Of a stretch of 64,000 bases of DNA, positions 62,066-64,000 are shown piece after piece. This DNA is from Dehalococcoidia bacterium (GTDB lineage: Bacteria; Chloroflexota; Dehalococcoidia; Lucifugimonadales; Australimonadaceae), in the NCBI GenBank assembly GCA_965220655.1, contig CBDCQO010000012.1, forward strand, positions 368,268-432,267, read 5' to 3'. The notes below the pieces were generated by a model, which did no database searches, was not told where the DNA came from, and saw only the letters and a program-made list of their open reading frames with translations. The translations under genes and the position numbers were made by a program. Within the stretch, counting starts at the first letter, position 1. Every line of letters begins with the position of its first letter.

Positions 62066-62340
62066 GTGGCCGTGCTAGACGGGGAGCTAGCGGTGCCCTG
62101 CACCCGAAATCCGCTTCAGCGGGGTTGAACTCCTCTCTAGAGGGCCGGTCTCGCCGTCTCTGGCTGGGAAACGGACGTTGAGAGCCAGACCCTGCGCGAC
62201 GGAGCCCTGTGAACCGCGTCAGGTCCGGAAGGAAGCAGCGCTAAGCGGAGTGCTCCGAGTGCCGCAGACCAGTCTGGTTCGAGTCCGGGTCCATGGCCAA
62301 GCGCGCGGGCTCCCGGTTCGACGAGAGGTGCACGGCCTCT
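62066..62340 (+). ncRNA. ffs: Signal recognition particle RNA, large (Bacillus-type, with Alu domain)
   Basis: Domain IV core GUCAGGUCCGGAAGGAAGCAGC at about 62218-62239. The 5' region GCCGUGCUAGACGGGGAGCUAGCGGUGCCCUGCACC resembles the B. subtilis scRNA Alu domain. 5' GGCCGUGC pairs with 3' GCACGGCC. Ends are approximate. Confidence 0.85.
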
Positions 62341-62355
62341 CCTCTGCAAACCCGG

Positions 62356-62386
62356 CGCGCCGGAGGCATCGATCGTCTCCGGCGCG
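62356..62386 (+). terminator. Stem-loop after the SRP RNA (possible terminator)
   Basis: 10-bp stem CGCGCCGGAG / CTCCGGCGCG with an 11-nt loop, followed by TGCGTTTCC (weak T-tract). Confidence 0.4.
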
Positions 62387-62405
62387 TGCGTTTCCGAGGC
62401 CAGCC

Positions 62406-63200
62406 ATGGCGTACGGCGCTCCCAGAAAGAGCCTGGGGCAGCATTTCCTGACCGACCGCAACATCCTCGGTGCTATAGCAGACGCGGCGGAGGTCGGCTC
62501 CGGCGATACGGTCATCGAGGTCGGGCCGGGGCGCGGCGCGCTCACGGCGGTGCTGGCGGAGCGGGCAGAGCGCGTCATCGCGGTCGAACTGGACAACGCA
62601 CTGGCGCGCTCACTGGCGTCTGCCATGCCGTCCAACGTGGAAGTCGTGGAGGCGGACGCCCGCACGGCCGACCCTGCCGCGCTGCTCGGCGGCTGCGCGC
62701 CGTACAAGATGCTCGGCAACCTGCCGTACTACGCCGCGATGCCCATCCTCAGGCGTTTCCTGGAGTCGGATTGCCGTCCGGAGCGCGCGGCGGTGCTGGT
62801 GCAGCGTGAGGTCGCAGAGCAGATGTGCGCCCAGCCGGGAGCGATGTCGCTGGTGTCGCTGGCGGTGCAGCTGTTCGGGACGCCGCGCATCGCCCGCATC
62901 GTACGTCCAGGGTCGTTCACGCCGCCCCCGAAGGTGACGTCGGCAGTGGTTGGCATCGTGCTGCACGACGGACCGGCGGAGGGTGTGGACGACGCGGAGC
63001 GGTTCTTCGTGCTGGCGCGTGCGGGGTTCAGCGCGCCACGGAAGCAGTTGCGGAATGCGCTGTCGGGCGGGTTGGGCGTTCCGCCGGATGAGGCTGAGCG
63101 GTTGCTTGCGGGTGCAGGGATCGAGGCGTCGCGCAGGGCGCAGACGCTGTCGATGGCAGAGTGGGCGTCGTTGTACCGCACGTGGCGGAGCGCGGCATGA
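62406..63200 (+). CDS. rsmA: 16S rRNA (adenine1518/1519-N6)-dimethyltransferase RsmA/KsgA
   Basis: Start MAYGAPRKSLGQHFL. VIEVGPGRGALT SAM motif. The track ORF 62178.. is over-extended across the SRP RNA. Confidence 0.85.
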   Translation: MAYGAPRKSLGQHFLTDRNILGAIADAAEVGSGDTVIEVGPGRGALTAVLAERAERVIAVELDNALARSLASAMPSNVEVVEADARTADPAALLGGCAPYKMLGNLPYYAAMPILRRFLESDCRPERAAVLVQREVAEQMCAQPGAMSLVSLAVQLFGTPRIARIVRPGSFTPPPKVTSAVVGIVLHDGPAEGVDDAERFFVLARAGFSAPRKQLRNALSGGLGVPPDEAERLLAGAGIEASRRAQTLSMAEWASLYRTWRSAA

Positions 63201-63400
63201 GCGTCGTGGTGAGCAGCGGCGAGGGCGGGCTGCGGATGGAGCCGCCGTGCGAGCACTGCGGGGCGTCGCGCGTTCGGGAGGTGCCGTACTCGGAGCGCGG
63301 CCAACCCCTGCTGCCGAACGAGCTCGACGAGCTGGCGTGGACGGACTACCTGTGCGATTGCGGCGTCGTGCGGTTGCGCATCGGCAAACGCCCGGAGTAG
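63197..63400 (+). CDS. Small Cys-containing (zinc-ribbon-like) hypothetical protein
   Basis: ATGA overlap with the rsmA stop. 67 aa with CEHC ... CDC. High GC3. Confidence 0.45.
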   Translation: MSVVVSSGEGGLRMEPPCEHCGASRVREVPYSERGQPLLPNELDELAWTDYLCDCGVVRLRIGKRPE

Positions 63401-63470
63401 AGGCGTCCGTGGCGGACGAGTACACTTTGCCTCAAGAGCAACAGACCCATGAGCAAGCGAGGAGGCAGCC

Positions 63471-64000
63471 ATGAGTGAGTTGGTGCTGGGAACAGACGAA
63501 GGTGTGTTCGCGTTCCACCTGGACAGCGGCAAGTTCCACGCGGAGGACGGTCCGGGAGCACGGCCACTGCTCGCGGGCGCCGGCGACACGGTGTATGCCG
63601 TCACGGACGACGCGGCGGTCTGGCGCCGGAGCGGGCACAACCACTGGGAGCTGATGAACCCTCGCGCGGTCGAGGACCTGCCCTGGACGCTGGGGGCCGA
63701 TGCCCGGGTGCCGGGGCTCGTATGGCTGGGCGTATCGCCCGCGATGGTGTACCGGAGCGCGGACGGCGGAGCGACCTGGGTCGGCTGCGATTCGTTCAAC
63801 GACATCCCCGGCCGCGAGACGTGGACGTTCCCCCCGCCGCCGCACATCCCGCACGTGCGCTCGATCTTCCCCGACCCCGCAAAGGCGGGCGGCGTCTACG
63901 TCGGCGTCGAGGAGGGCGGCGTGTTCCGCAGCGTCGACGACGGCGTGACGTGGGAGAGCCTGAACGAGGGGCTCTTCTTCGACGTCCACGAGGTGGTGGC
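63471..64000 (+). CDS. BNR/Asp-box repeat (beta-propeller, Ycf48/sialidase-like) protein, N-terminal part (3' end off window)
   Basis: ATG after a GAGGAGG SD. Two Asp-box motifs, SADGGATW and SVDDGVTW. Open to the window end. Confidence 0.65.
   Translation, partial: MSELVLGTDEGVFAFHLDSGKFHAEDGPGARPLLAGAGDTVYAVTDDAAVWRRSGHNHWELMNPRAVEDLPWTLGADARVPGLVWLGVSPAMVYRSADGGATWVGCDSFNDIPGRETWTFPPPPHIPHVRSIFPDPAKAGGVYVGVEEGGVFRSVDDGVTWESLNEGLFFDVHEVV

Noticed and set aside
62178-62405. N-terminal extension of the rsmA ORF
   Set aside because: It runs through the SRP RNA and its terminator hairpin. The conserved RsmA N-terminus (PRKSLGQHFL) follows ATG 62406.

Overview
High-GC chromosomal segment, well above 60% GC by eye. 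It carries about 65 protein genes, 4 tRNAs (Leu-TAG, Ala-CGC, Asn-GTT, Asp-GTC) and one large Bacillus-type SRP RNA. No rRNA, CRISPR array, transposase or integrase was seen. Product names come from motif and family recognition by eye; no database search was run. Gene content (many amidohydrolase_2, alpha/beta-hydrolase, SDR/MDR, Rieske, F420-type, CaiB and PrpD paralogues, many transporters, one regulator) together with the dispersed PLPSRERG-type hairpin repeats suggests a Chloroflexota/SAR202-like organism. That placement is inference only.

Layout:
- 1-23 kb: transporters (3 tandem DMT, 3 MFS) and catabolic enzymes, including a four-copy tandem alpha/beta-hydrolase array.
- 23-42 kb: a divergon. 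ADH-DLH-SDR lies on the minus strand, facing an 8-gene, translationally chained operon on the plus strand (thiolase/DUF35, a gamma-HyuA-HyuB-HyuA' ATP-dependent ketone carboxylase, a family III CoA-transferase, PrpD). A Liv-type ABC importer converges on it.
- 42-44 kb: a tRNA-flanked redox islet.
- 45-47 kb: three tandem secreted paralogues.
- 47-54 kb: mixed metabolism.
- 52-55.6 kb: a repeat-rich stretch with a phage-like 2-gene remnant.
- 57-64 kb: housekeeping genes (hflKC, lepA, galU, ffs, rsmA).

Most notable calls:
1. A glutaredoxin-like gene whose apparent TGA stop looks like a selenocysteine codon (U-A-F-stop), followed by a hairpin with canonical bacterial SECIS geometry.
2. A carboxylase with acetophenone-carboxylase-type subunit composition, embedded in a coherent alcohol-to-ketone-to-beta-ketoacyl-CoA-to-thiolysis gene set.
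3. A secreted paralogue triplet whose predicted mature N-terminus is Asp-Gly-His (ATCUN-type).
4. Recent tandem gene amplifications.
5. Recurrent TGCTAnAAT extended -10 boxes and several apparently leaderless genes.
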